Origin: Sulfurimonas sp.
Lineage (GTDB): Bacteria; Campylobacterota; Campylobacteria; Campylobacterales; Sulfurimonadaceae
DNA: 64,000 nt
Assembly (NCBI GenBank): GCA_026988315.1
Contig: JALSLJ010000008.1
Coordinates: forward strand, 2,419 to 66,418
Direction: 5' to 3'
Positions 31,180 through 42,635 of this stretch are shown here, in pieces. Each line of letters starts with the position of its first letter. Positions within the stretch are counted from its first letter, which is position 1. The translations under genes were made by a program, and so were the position numbers. Under the pieces are notes generated by a model. It worked only from the letters and a program-made list of their open reading frames with translations. It was not told where the DNA came from and ran no database searches.

Positions 31180-32883
31180 TTATATAAGTTCCATAATCTT
31201 TGCAAAAATTTCATCTTTATTTACAGATGTTTTCTCTTTAGTTTTTCTATCATATATTTGAACAAGCCCATTTACTAACTCTTTTCCAATAATAACAGTA
31301 TATGGAAAACCTATAAGCTCGGCATCTTTCATCTTAAAGCCAAATCTCTCTTTTCTATCATCAAGTACAACTTCAATGCCTAATTCCTGAAGTTTGGCAT
31401 ATAACTCTTCGCCTAGTTCTAATTGCTCCGAATCTTTAATATTTGAAATCATTACATTAACCATATAGGGGGCTGTTGCTTTTGTCCATATACAGCCATA
31501 TTCATCATGATGTTGTTCTATAATTGCTGCGACCAATCTACTTACACCCATCCCGTAAGTTCCCATCTCAAATGGTTTTGCTTTTCCATTTTCATCTAAA
31601 AACTCTGCTTTTAATGCTGATGAGTAAGTTGTACCTAGTTTAAAGATATGCCCTACTTCTATCCCTTTTGTAAGCTTAAGCTTTCCGCAACATTGAGGAC
31701 ACATATCACCCTCTTTTACCTCTGTAATATCTTCATAGTAAGCCACTTCACTTAAAATAGCCATATCTACACCAAGATAATGATAATCTAACTCATTTGC
31801 ACCACAAATCATCTCATCTGCATACTGAAGATCATTGTCTATTACATGTTTCGCTTTGTCTTGATCAAGTGGTCCTATAAAACCAGGAACCAATCCTATC
31901 TCCCTTAGCTCCTCTTCACTCACATCTAGTATTTCTAATGCATCCGTTGCTTTTATCGCTTTAGCTTCTTGCAAGTTATGAGTCCCACGCATAAAAAATA
32001 AAACTATCTCTGTTATATCTTCATAAACAACTTTTTTAGCTACACATTTTACTGTATAAAAGCTATCAACTTCCAGATAAGAGGACAAGTCATCTATACT
32101 TTTTATATCTGGTGTTCTGAATTTTTTAAACTCAACACCTGGAGCCTCTGGCGGGTTGTAACCACGGCCTTTTTTTGCAGCTTCAATGTTAGCAGCATAT
32201 TTACATTTAGAACACATTGCAATAGTATCCTCACCAGAATCCGCAATAACCATCAACTCTTTAGAGCCACTGCCTCCAATTGCACCACTATCAGCTTCAA
32301 CGACTCTAAAATCAACTCCAAGTCTTTTGAGAACTCTTTTATATGCTTTTTCCATAGCATCAAATTCTCTATCTAAATCCTCTGTAGTAGCATGAAAACT
32401 ATACCCATCTTTCATGATAAATTCGCGACCACGCATAAGTCCAAATCTAGGTCTCGCTTCATCTCTGAATTTTGTTTTAATCTGATAGAGATTTACTGGA
32501 AGTTGCTTGTAGCTAGTTATACGATTGCGAACCATATCAACCATCATCTCTTCATGCGTTGGTCCAAGTACAAAAAGATTTTCTTTTCTATCATGCAATC
32601 TTAGAAGTTCTTTACCAAACTTATCAATTCTGCCACTCTCTTGCCATAATTCTGCAGGAGTAACAAAACTAAGTTCAACCTCTTGCGCACCAGCACGATT
32701 CATCTCTTCGTTGATAATATTTTCAATCTTTTTAATAACACGCTTTGCTAATGGCATATAGTTATATAATCCACTCGCAACTTGAGAGATAAACCCAGCG
32801 CGGGAGAGATAGATATGACTAGCTAGAATAGCATCCGAGGGAGCCTCTTTAGTTGTTGGTATAAATGCTTTTGATCTTCTCAC
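31180..32883 (-). CDS. proS: Proline--tRNA ligase
   Basis: GPTHEE, FRDEARPRFGLMRGREF, GIEVGHIF; GTG start. Confidence 0.98.
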   Translation of the reverse strand: MRRSKAFIPTTKEAPSDAILASHIYLSRAGFISQVASGLYNYMPLAKRVIKKIENIINEEMNRAGAQEVELSFVTPAELWQESGRIDKFGKELLRLHDRKENLFVLGPTHEEMMVDMVRNRITSYKQLPVNLYQIKTKFRDEARPRFGLMRGREFIMKDGYSFHATTEDLDREFDAMEKAYKRVLKRLGVDFRVVEADSGAIGGSGSKELMVIADSGEDTIAMCSKCKYAANIEAAKKGRGYNPPEAPGVEFKKFRTPDIKSIDDLSSYLEVDSFYTVKCVAKKVVYEDITEIVLFFMRGTHNLQEAKAIKATDALEILDVSEEELREIGLVPGFIGPLDQDKAKHVIDNDLQYADEMICGANELDYHYLGVDMAILSEVAYYEDITEVKEGDMCPQCCGKLKLTKGIEVGHIFKLGTTYSSALKAEFLDENGKAKPFEMGTYGMGVSRLVAAIIEQHHDEYGCIWTKATAPYMVNVMISNIKDSEQLELGEELYAKLQELGIEVVLDDRKERFGFKMKDAELIGFPYTVIIGKELVNGLVQIYDRKTKEKTSVNKDEIFAKIMELI

Positions 32884-34172
32884 TTTTGCCCTTTTAACAT
32901 TTGTTCACACTTGTATCTTTCTGGTATTTTCGTATTTTCATCATTCACTAAAAACTGTAAAGTAGCAGATACTGAATCACCATTGGACTCATGAGATACA
33001 CATCTCATCTTTTGAGTCATATCATGTAAAAATCTTTTTAATGCTTGTTCACACATTTTTTTGGCTTGAGCCTCATACTCTTTTGGAATATATCTATTTT
33101 TCACAGCTCTACCACTCTCAACATTTGCTGCTAGATATGCCTTTTGATATATCTCTTTGATCATTGGTTCAACATCCAAAGTGTTTAACCATTCAAAAAA
33201 CTGAACTACTGCTCTACCGATAATAGAATGAGCAGCTCTTGCACTATCTTCTCTTAGTCCCATATTTTCAGTTACTATTGTTTTTAAATCATCAATTTGA
33301 TAAAGGTTTATCCTTTCACCTTTATGGTACTCAATATCTCTTGGAAGTGCCATATCAAACCAATATCTATCAAAATCGCATGGTTCTATAATATCATCCG
33401 TAACTATAGCTTCATGTGCTCCTGTAGCAGTAAAAAGGATAGGAAATTCATTGACCACTTCACCGAGTTTTCCATAGTCAATCACTTTTGCATTACATTC
33501 TCTTGCTAAAATTTCTGCTTTTGCTCTAGTTCTATTCATGATATAAACATCTGCACCAGAAGTTATCAAATGTTTAGCACTAATTTCAGACATTTCACCC
33601 ACACCAATAATTAAGGCTTTTTTCCCTTTTAAATCTTCCAAAACAGATTTTAATTTTGAGACAGCTACACTAGCAATTGAAACTGGTTTTGATGATATAT
33701 CTGTAGCATTTCTTACTTTTGCAGCACATTTAAAAGCACTATGCATTGTACGAGAAAGTTTTTGACCACAAAATCTATTTTCAAGTGAAAATTTAAAAGC
33801 ATCTTTCATCTGTCCAACTATCTGAGTTTCCCCAACAACCATAGAATCTAATGAACTAGCTACACTAAAGATATGATGTATTGCACTACTATCATCAAAA
33901 ACATCTGCCCTACCCTCAAGCTCCTCTATAGAGATTCCTGCCCGTTTAACAAGAGCAGCAAATATATGCTCAGTAGCCTTAGCTATATCACTACAGCTAC
34001 AAATAACTTCCATTCTATTGCATGTGGAAAGAAGTATGATTTCATTTATATCCTCACACTCACTTAACTTTGTCAAACAAGCACGCTGTGAATCTGGATC
34101 TGGATATGACAACTTTTCTCTAACTTCCAATGGAGAGTTTTTATGTGTAAAACTTATGGTTAAATAGTGCAT
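32880..34172 (-). CDS. hemA: Glutamyl-tRNA reductase
   Basis: LSTCNRME, LDSMVVGETQI, IGVGEM, DMALPRDI. Confidence 0.97.
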   Translation of the reverse strand: MHYLTISFTHKNSPLEVREKLSYPDPDSQRACLTKLSECEDINEIILLSTCNRMEVICSCSDIAKATEHIFAALVKRAGISIEELEGRADVFDDSSAIHHIFSVASSLDSMVVGETQIVGQMKDAFKFSLENRFCGQKLSRTMHSAFKCAAKVRNATDISSKPVSIASVAVSKLKSVLEDLKGKKALIIGVGEMSEISAKHLITSGADVYIMNRTRAKAEILARECNAKVIDYGKLGEVVNEFPILFTATGAHEAIVTDDIIEPCDFDRYWFDMALPRDIEYHKGERINLYQIDDLKTIVTENMGLREDSARAAHSIIGRAVVQFFEWLNTLDVEPMIKEIYQKAYLAANVESGRAVKNRYIPKEYEAQAKKMCEQALKRFLHDMTQKMRCVSHESNGDSVSATLQFLVNDENTKIPERYKCEQMLKGQK

Positions 34173-35059
34173 TAGTAACTTCTTTTTATCATGGTTTTTA
34201 AAATTTCAACAAGCTCTTGGTCATCTTTAACAGCCTGCATTGCCTCATTGGAAAGTTTTGTAGCTAGTTCAAAAGAGCGCTCAATACTCTTATGTTCTTT
34301 CATCATCTGCTTAATCCACAGAATCTCTTGTTCATCTAAAGGTCTTGCGTGAAGATTTTCTAGTTTGAGCTTATCATCCGAGTTAATTGCCTCATGGAGA
34401 TAGATGTAAGGAAGCGTACATTTTCCCTCTACAAAATCATTCATAGCAGGTTTTCCTAGAGTTGCTGAGTCAGATGTGATATCCAAAATATCATCAATTA
34501 TTTGAAATGAAAGCCCTAGGTTTCGCCCATAAATTCCATAAGATTTTGAATCTTTTCCAGCCAAAATAGCTGATGAAATTGCTGCTGCTTCTATCAGTGT
34601 TGCAGTTTTGAGATAGAGCATATATAGATACTTAGCTTCATCATTGTTAAAAGACTCAGCCATTTTCACATCTTGCATCTCACCTTTAGAGAGTGCAGTA
34701 ACAGACGAGGCTACAACGCTTGCTACACTCCTATCAAATTCAACCAACTCTGTAAACGCTTTAGAGTAAAGTATATCTCCTAGCATAACTGCTGTTTTGC
34801 TATCTTCAGTTGCATTTACAGAAGCGACACCTCGTCTTAGTGTTGCCTCATCAATCACATCATCATGAAGCAAACTAGCAGCGTGGATAAGTTCTACAAT
34901 TGCAGCTAAAAGCGGTGCTTTATCATTATGTGGAGCTATTTTTAAAATCAGTTTTGCTCGAAGTCTTTTACCACCTGAGAGCATCCCAAAAAGACGAGTC
35001 ACTTCGTCATAATCTATCTCTTTAATTAACCTTGCAATTTCACTCTCAACTCTTTGCAT
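34172..35059 (-). CDS. Polyprenyl diphosphate synthase (IspB-like)
   Basis: GGKRLR, LLHDDVID and FQIIDDILD aspartate-rich motifs. Confidence 0.93.
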   Translation of the reverse strand: MQRVESEIARLIKEIDYDEVTRLFGMLSGGKRLRAKLILKIAPHNDKAPLLAAIVELIHAASLLHDDVIDEATLRRGVASVNATEDSKTAVMLGDILYSKAFTELVEFDRSVASVVASSVTALSKGEMQDVKMAESFNNDEAKYLYMLYLKTATLIEAAAISSAILAGKDSKSYGIYGRNLGLSFQIIDDILDITSDSATLGKPAMNDFVEGKCTLPYIYLHEAINSDDKLKLENLHARPLDEQEILWIKQMMKEHKSIERSFELATKLSNEAMQAVKDDQELVEILKTMIKRSY

Positions 35060-35068
35060 TATACCTCT

Positions 35069-35485
35069 TTAACCATTTTTTAAATATTTTAAACTAATTT
35101 GTTCCTGCTTATCAGACAAAAAAAGCTCAAAAACAGCTTCATTTGTCTCAAATTTAAACTCTTTAAATTTAACTAGCATATAGGGGACATTATAGAAATC
35201 TGCACCTCGACTTTTCAGTTCAAGTCTAAAGCTACGATTTGAATGTCTTAGATAGAGTACATTTTGTGCGACAATTTTATCATAAGACCTAAAAACAACT
35301 AATCCACCATTTTTATACAAAGTCCAACTAAATTTAAAAAGTTTTTCAATTTTGCCATATTTTACAAGAATTTTCTTTTGCTCATCCTTTTTTAGAGATA
35401 TTTCTACAATATCTCTAAAATCATTGGCATAAATATTACTTATGCAAATAAAAAGAATAATAAAAACTTTTATTATGGATTTCAA
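35069..35485 (-). CDS. Hypothetical exported protein
   Basis: Signal peptide-like N-terminus (TTG start); within operon. Confidence 0.65.
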   Translation of the reverse strand: MKSIIKVFIILFICISNIYANDFRDIVEISLKKDEQKKILVKYGKIEKLFKFSWTLYKNGGLVVFRSYDKIVAQNVLYLRHSNRSFRLELKSRGADFYNVPYMLVKFKEFKFETNEAVFELFLSDKQEQISLKYLKNG

Positions 35486-35492
35486 AACTAAC

Positions 35493-35783
35493 TTATTCGC
35501 TCTTTGAAACTATCTCACCCATAAGCTCTATACTTAAACTCTTTGTTTTGCTCTCAACCGCATCACGATTTTCCATCATAAAGATATCAATAATTTTACC
35601 ATAATCGTCACCTAGTTTCTCTTCGAGAACCATCTCTAAGGCAGCCCTTCTTTTCATAAAGTTCTCTAAATCAAATCGAACTACATCGTTATTAGCATTA
35701 AAAATTATATCCATCAACTTACTAACTGGTGAACCTAAAAACACATCATCTTCATCTTCAAAAAGTGCACTATATTTTGACAT
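35493..35783 (-). CDS. DUF2018-family protein
   Basis: F.GSPVSK..DIIFNAN...V; C-terminal GEIVSKSE. Confidence 0.75.
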   Translation of the reverse strand: MSKYSALFEDEDDVFLGSPVSKLMDIIFNANNDVVRFDLENFMKRRAALEMVLEEKLGDDYGKIIDIFMMENRDAVESKTKSLSIELMGEIVSKSE

Positions 35784-35855
35784 TTAACTATTCCTTAATT
35801 TTATATTTTTAGATTATATCATCACTAAAACAATATTAAATCATCTTTTAGTATT

Positions 35856-37328
35856 CTATAAAAATTTTAAAATTTCTGTTTCAATATCTTCTTTTTCAAT
35901 AATGCTTTTTTGAATTACCTCTTTGTTAAACAACTCTTGAATCATTAGTGGAATCTTAACATTTGCCTCTTTTGCAATTGACTCTAAGGCTACTAAATCC
36001 TCTGCATCTATCTCACCTGTTAAAGCATTTGCAATTACAGGTGAAAATTTCGTCCACTCAGCAGTTGAATATACAATAGTTTTAACATCAGGATTAGAGA
36101 TACTTTCATAAGATTTAAAGCAGGTAGCAGTATGAGGATCCATAAGATAAGAATCATTTACAAATGTATCTTTAATATACTTTTTACCCTCATCACCATT
36201 ACAAAAATCCGCATCAAATACCTCTTGAAGTTTTGCCAACTCATCGGCACTCAACTCATAAACATCTTTTTGCTCTAAGTCTTGCATTAACTCTTTCGTT
36301 CTCACCTCTGCAAACATATCAAATAAAACTCTCTCAACATTTGAAGATTTTAAAATATCCATTGCTGGTGAAGTTGTACCTACAACACTCTCCCCCCTTA
36401 TATCATACTTACCTGTTTGAATTAATCTTGTTAAAACATTGTTTTCATTTGATGAGATGATAATCTTAAGAACAGGGAGTCCCATTTTCATAGCATAATA
36501 TCCACCAAGAGCATTACCAAAATTTCCACTTGGAACATTTAAGTACACTTTTTCACCCATTGTAGTAGCACCTTGACGCACTAATTCTAAGTAGCTATGA
36601 ATATGGTAGATAATTTGAAAAATAATTCTTCCAAAATTTACTGAGTTGGCAGCAGATAATGAAATATGTTTTTCTTTTAATGCTGATTTAAAATCATCTG
36701 AGGCTAAGAGTCGTTTTAAAGCACTTTGAGCATCATCAAAAACACCGTTAATGCCGATAACTTTTAGATTTGATGCATCCTCTGTAACCATCTGAAGCCT
36801 TTGAACATCTGAGGTGCCTCCATCAGGGTATAAACATACCACTTGCACATTATCACGATTTTTAAAGGTCTCTAGTGCAGCGGGACCTGTATCTCCACTT
36901 GTTGCAGCAAGAATTAAATAATTTTCGTTATTTTTCTGAGCAATTGAAGAGAGCACTACACCAAAGGGCTGCAATGCCATATCTTTAAATGCACGAGTTG
37001 GACCATGGTAAAGCTCACTTACATAAAGATTCTCTTTTACTTTTACAACTGGAACTGGATTTGAAGAATCATCAAAGTTGTCATATAAACTTAAGGCTTC
37101 ATCTATTACACTTTGATCTATATCTATCTCAAAACGAGACAACATATCTGAAGCTAACGCTCTATATGAGGAGTTTAAATGCTTATTTAAAAACTCCATT
37201 CCAAGTTCTGGAAGTGTCTCTGGTACATATAGACCTCCAAAAGAGGCAATTGGGCTTAAAATGGCTTGGGAAAATGTAACACTTTGAGGTTGAGTATCAT
37301 CACATCCGCGTGTTTGAATAAAGTTCAT
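35856..37328 (-). CDS. thrC: Threonine synthase
   Basis: ELYHGPTRAFKD (PLP Lys), ATSGDTG, NSVNFGRI, PSGNFGN, DPHTA. Confidence 0.97.
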   Translation of the reverse strand: MNFIQTRGCDDTQPQSVTFSQAILSPIASFGGLYVPETLPELGMEFLNKHLNSSYRALASDMLSRFEIDIDQSVIDEALSLYDNFDDSSNPVPVVKVKENLYVSELYHGPTRAFKDMALQPFGVVLSSIAQKNNENYLILAATSGDTGPAALETFKNRDNVQVVCLYPDGGTSDVQRLQMVTEDASNLKVIGINGVFDDAQSALKRLLASDDFKSALKEKHISLSAANSVNFGRIIFQIIYHIHSYLELVRQGATTMGEKVYLNVPSGNFGNALGGYYAMKMGLPVLKIIISSNENNVLTRLIQTGKYDIRGESVVGTTSPAMDILKSSNVERVLFDMFAEVRTKELMQDLEQKDVYELSADELAKLQEVFDADFCNGDEGKKYIKDTFVNDSYLMDPHTATCFKSYESISNPDVKTIVYSTAEWTKFSPVIANALTGEIDAEDLVALESIAKEANVKIPLMIQELFNKEVIQKSIIEKEDIETEILKFL

Positions 37329-37384
37329 ATGTTTCTCTTCATTAATTTTTTTGCAATTATATCAAATTGTCTATAAAACTTCTA

Positions 37385-38608
37385 TTACTTAAAAAGTCTT
37401 ATTGGATTAATATGATAAGACTTTTGAGTAACTTCAAAGATTAGTTCATCAGCTACTCTACCTATTGTATAACCTTTCTTAATTTTTTTTCCTTTTTTAA
37501 TACTCGAATGAATTTTTGAAAGATTTGCATAGATGGTATGCAATCCATTTTTATGCTCTACAATCACTATATTATCTAAAACTGCTGTCTTATCTGCGTA
37601 AATAACCTTTCCATTAAAAACAGTTTTCACTTTGGCATTTGCTTTTTTAGGCTTTAAAGATATAGATTCATTAAACACTTTAATGCCATAAATCGGATCT
37701 GTGTAGGTTCCATATTTTTTAGTGATAGTATATGAATCAAGTGGTGCTATCGTTTTTTTTCCCCTATATTTTTTTGTTTTTGTTTTTTGATAACTGCTTC
37801 CATGTTTTTTTACTTTTGGTAAATCTTTATCAGTTACTATTTGCTTTGCCGCAAAAGCTTTTTTTCTTGCTGCTTCCTCTTTCGCTTTTTTGCGTTCATC
37901 TATTTTAATAATATTTAGTTTACTCAAAGTTTTTTTAAGGGCATCTTGTTTTTTGAGGACTTTCTTTAAGTCTTTTTTATACGCCAATTTTGATTTTTCA
38001 AGTTTTTTCAGTAGTTTCTTATTCTCTTTTTGAGTTTGTTCCAACTTCTGCTTCTTGGCTTCAATAGTTGCAATTTCTACTTCAAGGAAACTTGCATCTA
38101 TATTTAATTTATCTATATTTTTTGAATTTTGAAAAAACTTAGCATTTAGTCTGTTTGCCTTTTCTTTTGATCTTTTTAACATCTCGTTTAAGACTTCAAA
38201 CTCTATTAATGATTCTTCACTCACACTATATTCCTCTTCTAGTATAATAAAAAGTGAAACACTTTGAGCAATTGTAAACACCAACTCTTCTTCTATTTTT
38301 TCCTGATCTTTTTTTAAATTTGCTTGAGAAGATTGTAATTTTTTTAATTTTTCGATATTAGACTTATATATATTCTCTTTTTGGTCCAATTCTAAAACAA
38401 GATTTTGCAAAAACTTTTGTTGTTTTAAAATTTTTTGTTTTTGTTTTAAAATAGCTCTTGCATTATTTGACATTTTTTTATTTATGATGTTTTTATTTTT
38501 ACTAAATGAGCTTAGTTTATTGTTTGTATTTTTTATTTTTTGATCTATATCACTCTTTGCATCAAGAAGCATGAATGCAAAAATGAAAATTATAATTAAT
38601 CGAATCAT
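37385..38608 (-). CDS. envC: Murein hydrolase activator EnvC-like (coiled coil + degenerate M23)
   Basis: Long coiled coil, M23-like C-terminus lacking Zn ligands; follows ftsEX. Confidence 0.8.
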   Translation of the reverse strand: MIRLIIIFIFAFMLLDAKSDIDQKIKNTNNKLSSFSKNKNIINKKMSNNARAILKQKQKILKQQKFLQNLVLELDQKENIYKSNIEKLKKLQSSQANLKKDQEKIEEELVFTIAQSVSLFIILEEEYSVSEESLIEFEVLNEMLKRSKEKANRLNAKFFQNSKNIDKLNIDASFLEVEIATIEAKKQKLEQTQKENKKLLKKLEKSKLAYKKDLKKVLKKQDALKKTLSKLNIIKIDERKKAKEEAARKKAFAAKQIVTDKDLPKVKKHGSSYQKTKTKKYRGKKTIAPLDSYTITKKYGTYTDPIYGIKVFNESISLKPKKANAKVKTVFNGKVIYADKTAVLDNIVIVEHKNGLHTIYANLSKIHSSIKKGKKIKKGYTIGRVADELIFEVTQKSYHINPIRLFK

Positions 38609-39417
38609 ACTTCTTCTTTATGTCCTAAGACAATCAATGATGCTAAAAGTATAGATAAAGTTATGGCGATCACTAAGAGAAATAAAAAGTCATTTACAGG
38701 ATTAAACATTTGCACCTCTATCCCTACATCACTAAAGTGCTGTAATATCCAAGTGCTTGATGATATATATGCAAATACTATAAAGGCGAGAACACTCGCT
38801 ATAAGAGCGTCAACAATGGATAAGCGAAACAAAACAGCTGAACGAAGCCATACTGGCGCACCAAATAGCCCCATAACATTCATCCTTTCACTATGATTAA
38901 ACTGCCATATTTTCAACTCTTTAAATATAAGTAAAATTGTAACCACCAGCATAGAGATAGAAAAAACAGTTATAACACCTTTAAAAAGGAGCAGTAGTTT
39001 GTATGTTGTGTCATGAGTATGTGAAAAATCTTCCACTTTTTTTATGTTTTTGTTTTTTAGTAAATCTTGTGTTAGTTCATTTATTTCATCCGGAGTTGGA
39101 AAGTATTTTAATTTTAACTTATAAAATTTAGGAAGAGTAAGTTTTAATAACTCTGTATTTTTTGGTGATATATTTGCATTTAATCTTTTAATTATTCCGT
39201 CTGGCTCTAGCTCTGTGACACTGGAAATAATTTTATTTATACCTAAAAGAGTTTTATCAGTTAACCTTTTTTGACTCACAACAACCACTGAATAGTTATT
39301 AGCCAACTTCTCCTTATAAGCATCTATAGATCTATCAGCAATTATAAAAACTTGTATAGAAAATAAAATACTTAGGAGTGCGATTATCAACGAAAGATGG
39401 TTTTTAATTGACTTCAT
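38605..39417 (-). CDS. ftsX: Cell division permease FtsX
   Basis: MGLFGAPVWLR motif, four TMs, follows ftsE; start set at MKSIKNH. Confidence 0.88.
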   Translation of the reverse strand: MKSIKNHLSLIIALLSILFSIQVFIIADRSIDAYKEKLANNYSVVVVSQKRLTDKTLLGINKIISSVTELEPDGIIKRLNANISPKNTELLKLTLPKFYKLKLKYFPTPDEINELTQDLLKNKNIKKVEDFSHTHDTTYKLLLLFKGVITVFSISMLVVTILLIFKELKIWQFNHSERMNVMGLFGAPVWLRSAVLFRLSIVDALIASVLAFIVFAYISSSTWILQHFSDVGIEVQMFNPVNDFLFLLVIAITLSILLASLIVLGHKEEV

Positions 39418-40075
39418 GGATGCTCCCATACTCTATATGAAAATGTTTATAGTCAACATTGATACTCTCTGGGATATGGTGTGTCACCACTACAATAGTG
39501 GTATTGAGTTGTGATTTTGCACCCTCAAGTAAATTCCAAATTAACTGTGATGAATAATCATCTAGGTTTCCAGTAGGTTCATCAGCTAAGATAAGAATAG
39601 GGTTATGAGCAAGGGCTCTTGCCATTGCAACTCGTTGCTGTTCTCCACCACTAAGTTCAAGTGGATATTTTCCAGATTGATGATTCAATCGTACATGTTT
39701 TAAAAGCTTTTGCACCTGAGATTGGGTTATACTTTTATCGTATCCATTGATTATAAGTGGAAGCATAATGTTTTTCTCAATTGTCCACTCTTTAATGAGT
39801 TTATAATCTTGAAAAACTATACCGATATGTCGTCTTAGAAAATTGAGTTTTGACTTTAAAACACCTTTTAATTCAACGCCTCCAACGATTAAACTGCCCT
39901 GTTTTGGTTTTAATGCTCCATAAATTGATTTTAATAGAGTCGATTTTCCACTACCACTTGCACCTGTTATAAAAACAAAATCACCAGAGTTTATAGAAAA
40001 ATTTACCTGATTTATAATAGTTTCGTTATTTGAATATGACAGAGATAAGTCTTTAGCCATAATAACTTTATCCAT
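39404..40075 (-). CDS. ftsE: Cell division ATP-binding protein FtsE
   Basis: [33 protein letters not shown]. Confidence 0.93.
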   Translation of the reverse strand: MDKVIMAKDLSLSYSNNETIINQVNFSINSGDFVFITGASGSGKSTLLKSIYGALKPKQGSLIVGGVELKGVLKSKLNFLRRHIGIVFQDYKLIKEWTIEKNIMLPLIINGYDKSITQSQVQKLLKHVRLNHQSGKYPLELSGGEQQRVAMARALAHNPILILADEPTGNLDDYSSQLIWNLLEGAKSQLNTTIVVVTHHIPESINVDYKHFHIEYGSIHEVN

Positions 40076-41240
40076 TCAAAACTCCATCTAAAAATTTATG
40101 CGCTTTTAAATTGCTTTTAGATTTTAATGGTAACCTTGGATAATAAGTAGCTTTTTTATCTCTTAGAATAATATAAAGATGTTCTGGTCTGTCAAAACTC
40201 CCTAACGACACACGAGCCATCACCCCATCTTCTAAATTATAAACTCTCTCAAAGTGAATAAACACACTCTCTAGTTTATTAATAACGCCATGTAACTCTA
40301 AAAACTTCTCTTCACTGAGTGTAACTTCTGAAAAACTAAAATCACCCTCTATTTGTAACTCTACAGACTTCTCTTCATTAAGCATTGTTAAATCATAAAT
40401 ATTCTTTTCCATTTTTTTCCATCTATCTTCATACTTGGAACTGATAGCAATATCTTTATTTTTATTGATATGAAGAGTAGTTTTGTTAAATGCGATAAAT
40501 GTCTCATAGGAATAAGCATAATAGTTCTCACTATCTGTACGAAGCTCTAGTTGTCCGCCAACCTTTAAAACTCTTCTTGACTCTTCAATAAATGTAGTTG
40601 AGATAACTCTACGATGGGGTTTTTTATCCCATGGAACTGGAAAATGCACATAAATATTGCCAACAATATTTGATGGCACTAACTCCATAAAAAGTCTAGC
40701 ATCATAGTCTAAAACTAGTAGATTATCTAAATTTTGAATACTCACTTGTTTTAAGACTTGCTCAATAGAAGGTCTATGAATCTCAATACCTATAAATAAT
40801 ATATCTGGATTTTGTGCAGCTTGATGTAAAAGATGCCTACCTGAACCAAAACCAACCTCTATTCTCACCTCTTTATCAGTTGGAAAACTCTCTACAAAAT
40901 AGTTTATACTCTTCAGAGCTCTCACCTCTTCTAAGTGCACATTTTTTTGATTATGAGGAACATTTGAAGATAAAACTTCCATATCTGATACTTTTGCATA
41001 GGAGAGTAAGGCTTTATGAACATTAAAGATAGAAGCTGGTCTTGTCAGTTTATCTGATTTTAAAAGTCTTTTTCCCTTCTCATCCCGTACAAGTAAAAAA
41101 AACTCATCATTCTCAACTCTAACTGAGATGAGCTTTTCATCATCATGGTTGGCATTTTGTGCAATGAAGTTAAAAGTAACTCCATCTTGAACTGTAGGAA
41201 ATTTTATCTCTTTAAATTTATCTATATGTAAGTGTGGCAT
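40068..41240 (-). CDS. trmB: tRNA (guanine-N7)-methyltransferase
   Basis: [32 protein letters not shown]. Confidence 0.95.
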   Translation of the reverse strand: MPHLHIDKFKEIKFPTVQDGVTFNFIAQNANHDDEKLISVRVENDEFFLLVRDEKGKRLLKSDKLTRPASIFNVHKALLSYAKVSDMEVLSSNVPHNQKNVHLEEVRALKSINYFVESFPTDKEVRIEVGFGSGRHLLHQAAQNPDILFIGIEIHRPSIEQVLKQVSIQNLDNLLVLDYDARLFMELVPSNIVGNIYVHFPVPWDKKPHRRVISTTFIEESRRVLKVGGQLELRTDSENYYAYSYETFIAFNKTTLHINKNKDIAISSKYEDRWKKMEKNIYDLTMLNEEKSVELQIEGDFSFSEVTLSEEKFLELHGVINKLESVFIHFERVYNLEDGVMARVSLGSFDRPEHLYIILRDKKATYYPRLPLKSKSNLKAHKFLDGVLNG

Positions 41241-41255
41241 TCATTCTCATTCTAT

Positions 41256-42635
41256 TTAAAAATCTTGAGTAGGCGTAATCACCTCTTCTTCTATTATTTC
41301 TACTTCTTCAACTACAGGCTCTACTGCTACATCATTATTATTAACTGGAAGAATTGTAGTTTTATGCACCTTAACTACTGGTAGCTGTTTTTTTGATTTT
41401 AGCTCAACTTCTGTACTTGGTTCGGACTTTAAAGAGTTTGAATCTACAGCATAGACAGTATAAAAATATGTTGTATCTGGCAATATTTTATCGTCTATAA
41501 ATTGCTTGTCAGTTATGTTTACAAACTCTTCACTTACCTCATCTATCCAACTTGTTTTATATCTTTTCACTACAGTATAAGAGGTAGTTCTTGGATCTAC
41601 TTTGCTCCAAATCAATTTCACTGTATTATCCCTCATTTGAGCTTCAACAATTGCTGGTGCGTTTGGCTTTAGCAGAGTTAAACCTTGAATAGATTGTTCA
41701 CCATGCTTACTTTCTAAACCATCTTGATCAACTGTACTCACTCTAAAAAAGTACTGTTTTCCATCCTCTTCTACTACATTTACAAAACTATTACTTGTAA
41801 CTTTAGCAATTAGCTCATAACCACTCTCTACTTTTTCTGATCTATAAATATTATAATGGGAAAAATCTTTAATGGTTGCTTTTTCCCATTCAAGTTTTAT
41901 CTGCTTAGGCAAGTTTCTACTAACTTTGATATTTGTAATCTCTTTTGGAAGTGCCTTTGTTGTAATTTTTACACTTTGACTTGGAGTTGAAGTTATCCCG
42001 TCAAATGTTACTACTTTGATGCGATACTTGTAAGTATGCTTATCTTTTAATTTAGTATCAATATACTCAGCATTCAGCCTACCCTTAACTGTAGCAATAT
42101 CACTCCAAAAAGAATCTTCTAAAGCACTTCTTTGTATCACATAAGCTTTTACTTTTTGATTTGAGTGTGGTCGCCATAAAATTTTTGCGCTTCTTGGCAT
42201 ATTTGTTATACTACTAATCCAAGTAACAGATGCTAGAACAGGGAGAGAATTTACAATTACTTTTTTACTTTTAAGTGATTCTGCTTCATCACTATAAGTT
42301 TTAAAGTAGTAAGTATATCTACTATCTGGTTCTATATCTGTATCTAAATAATGGGTAGCAAAGCGGTTCTCTACCGTAGCATAATATGTTGCCTCTTTTG
42401 CTTGAGAGTCTGGGCTTCGTTTATAAACATACACACCTTTAACTTTAGTATCTTTGATACTTTTCCACTCAAAGGCTATAGCATTCATATCTACTATAAC
42501 TCCATGTTTTGTTAACTCTACGATTTGAAGAGTTTTATCAATCACAGGTTCTTTATGTGGTGCTGGTTTTGCGACACATCCACTAAGAATCAGTAGTGAA
42601 ACTGTGCACAATGTTGCTAGTGTCCATAACTTCAT
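41256..42635 (-). CDS. Fibronectin type III domain lipoprotein
   Basis: Lipobox LSGC; four repeats of W...Y.IYRS...Y.Y.V..V...G..S. Confidence 0.88.
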   Translation of the reverse strand: MKLWTLATLCTVSLLILSGCVAKPAPHKEPVIDKTLQIVELTKHGVIVDMNAIAFEWKSIKDTKVKGVYVYKRSPDSQAKEATYYATVENRFATHYLDTDIEPDSRYTYYFKTYSDEAESLKSKKVIVNSLPVLASVTWISSITNMPRSAKILWRPHSNQKVKAYVIQRSALEDSFWSDIATVKGRLNAEYIDTKLKDKHTYKYRIKVVTFDGITSTPSQSVKITTKALPKEITNIKVSRNLPKQIKLEWEKATIKDFSHYNIYRSEKVESGYELIAKVTSNSFVNVVEEDGKQYFFRVSTVDQDGLESKHGEQSIQGLTLLKPNAPAIVEAQMRDNTVKLIWSKVDPRTTSYTVVKRYKTSWIDEVSEEFVNITDKQFIDDKILPDTTYFYTVYAVDSNSLKSEPSTEVELKSKKQLPVVKVHKTTILPVNNNDVAVEPVVEEVEIIEEEVITPTQDF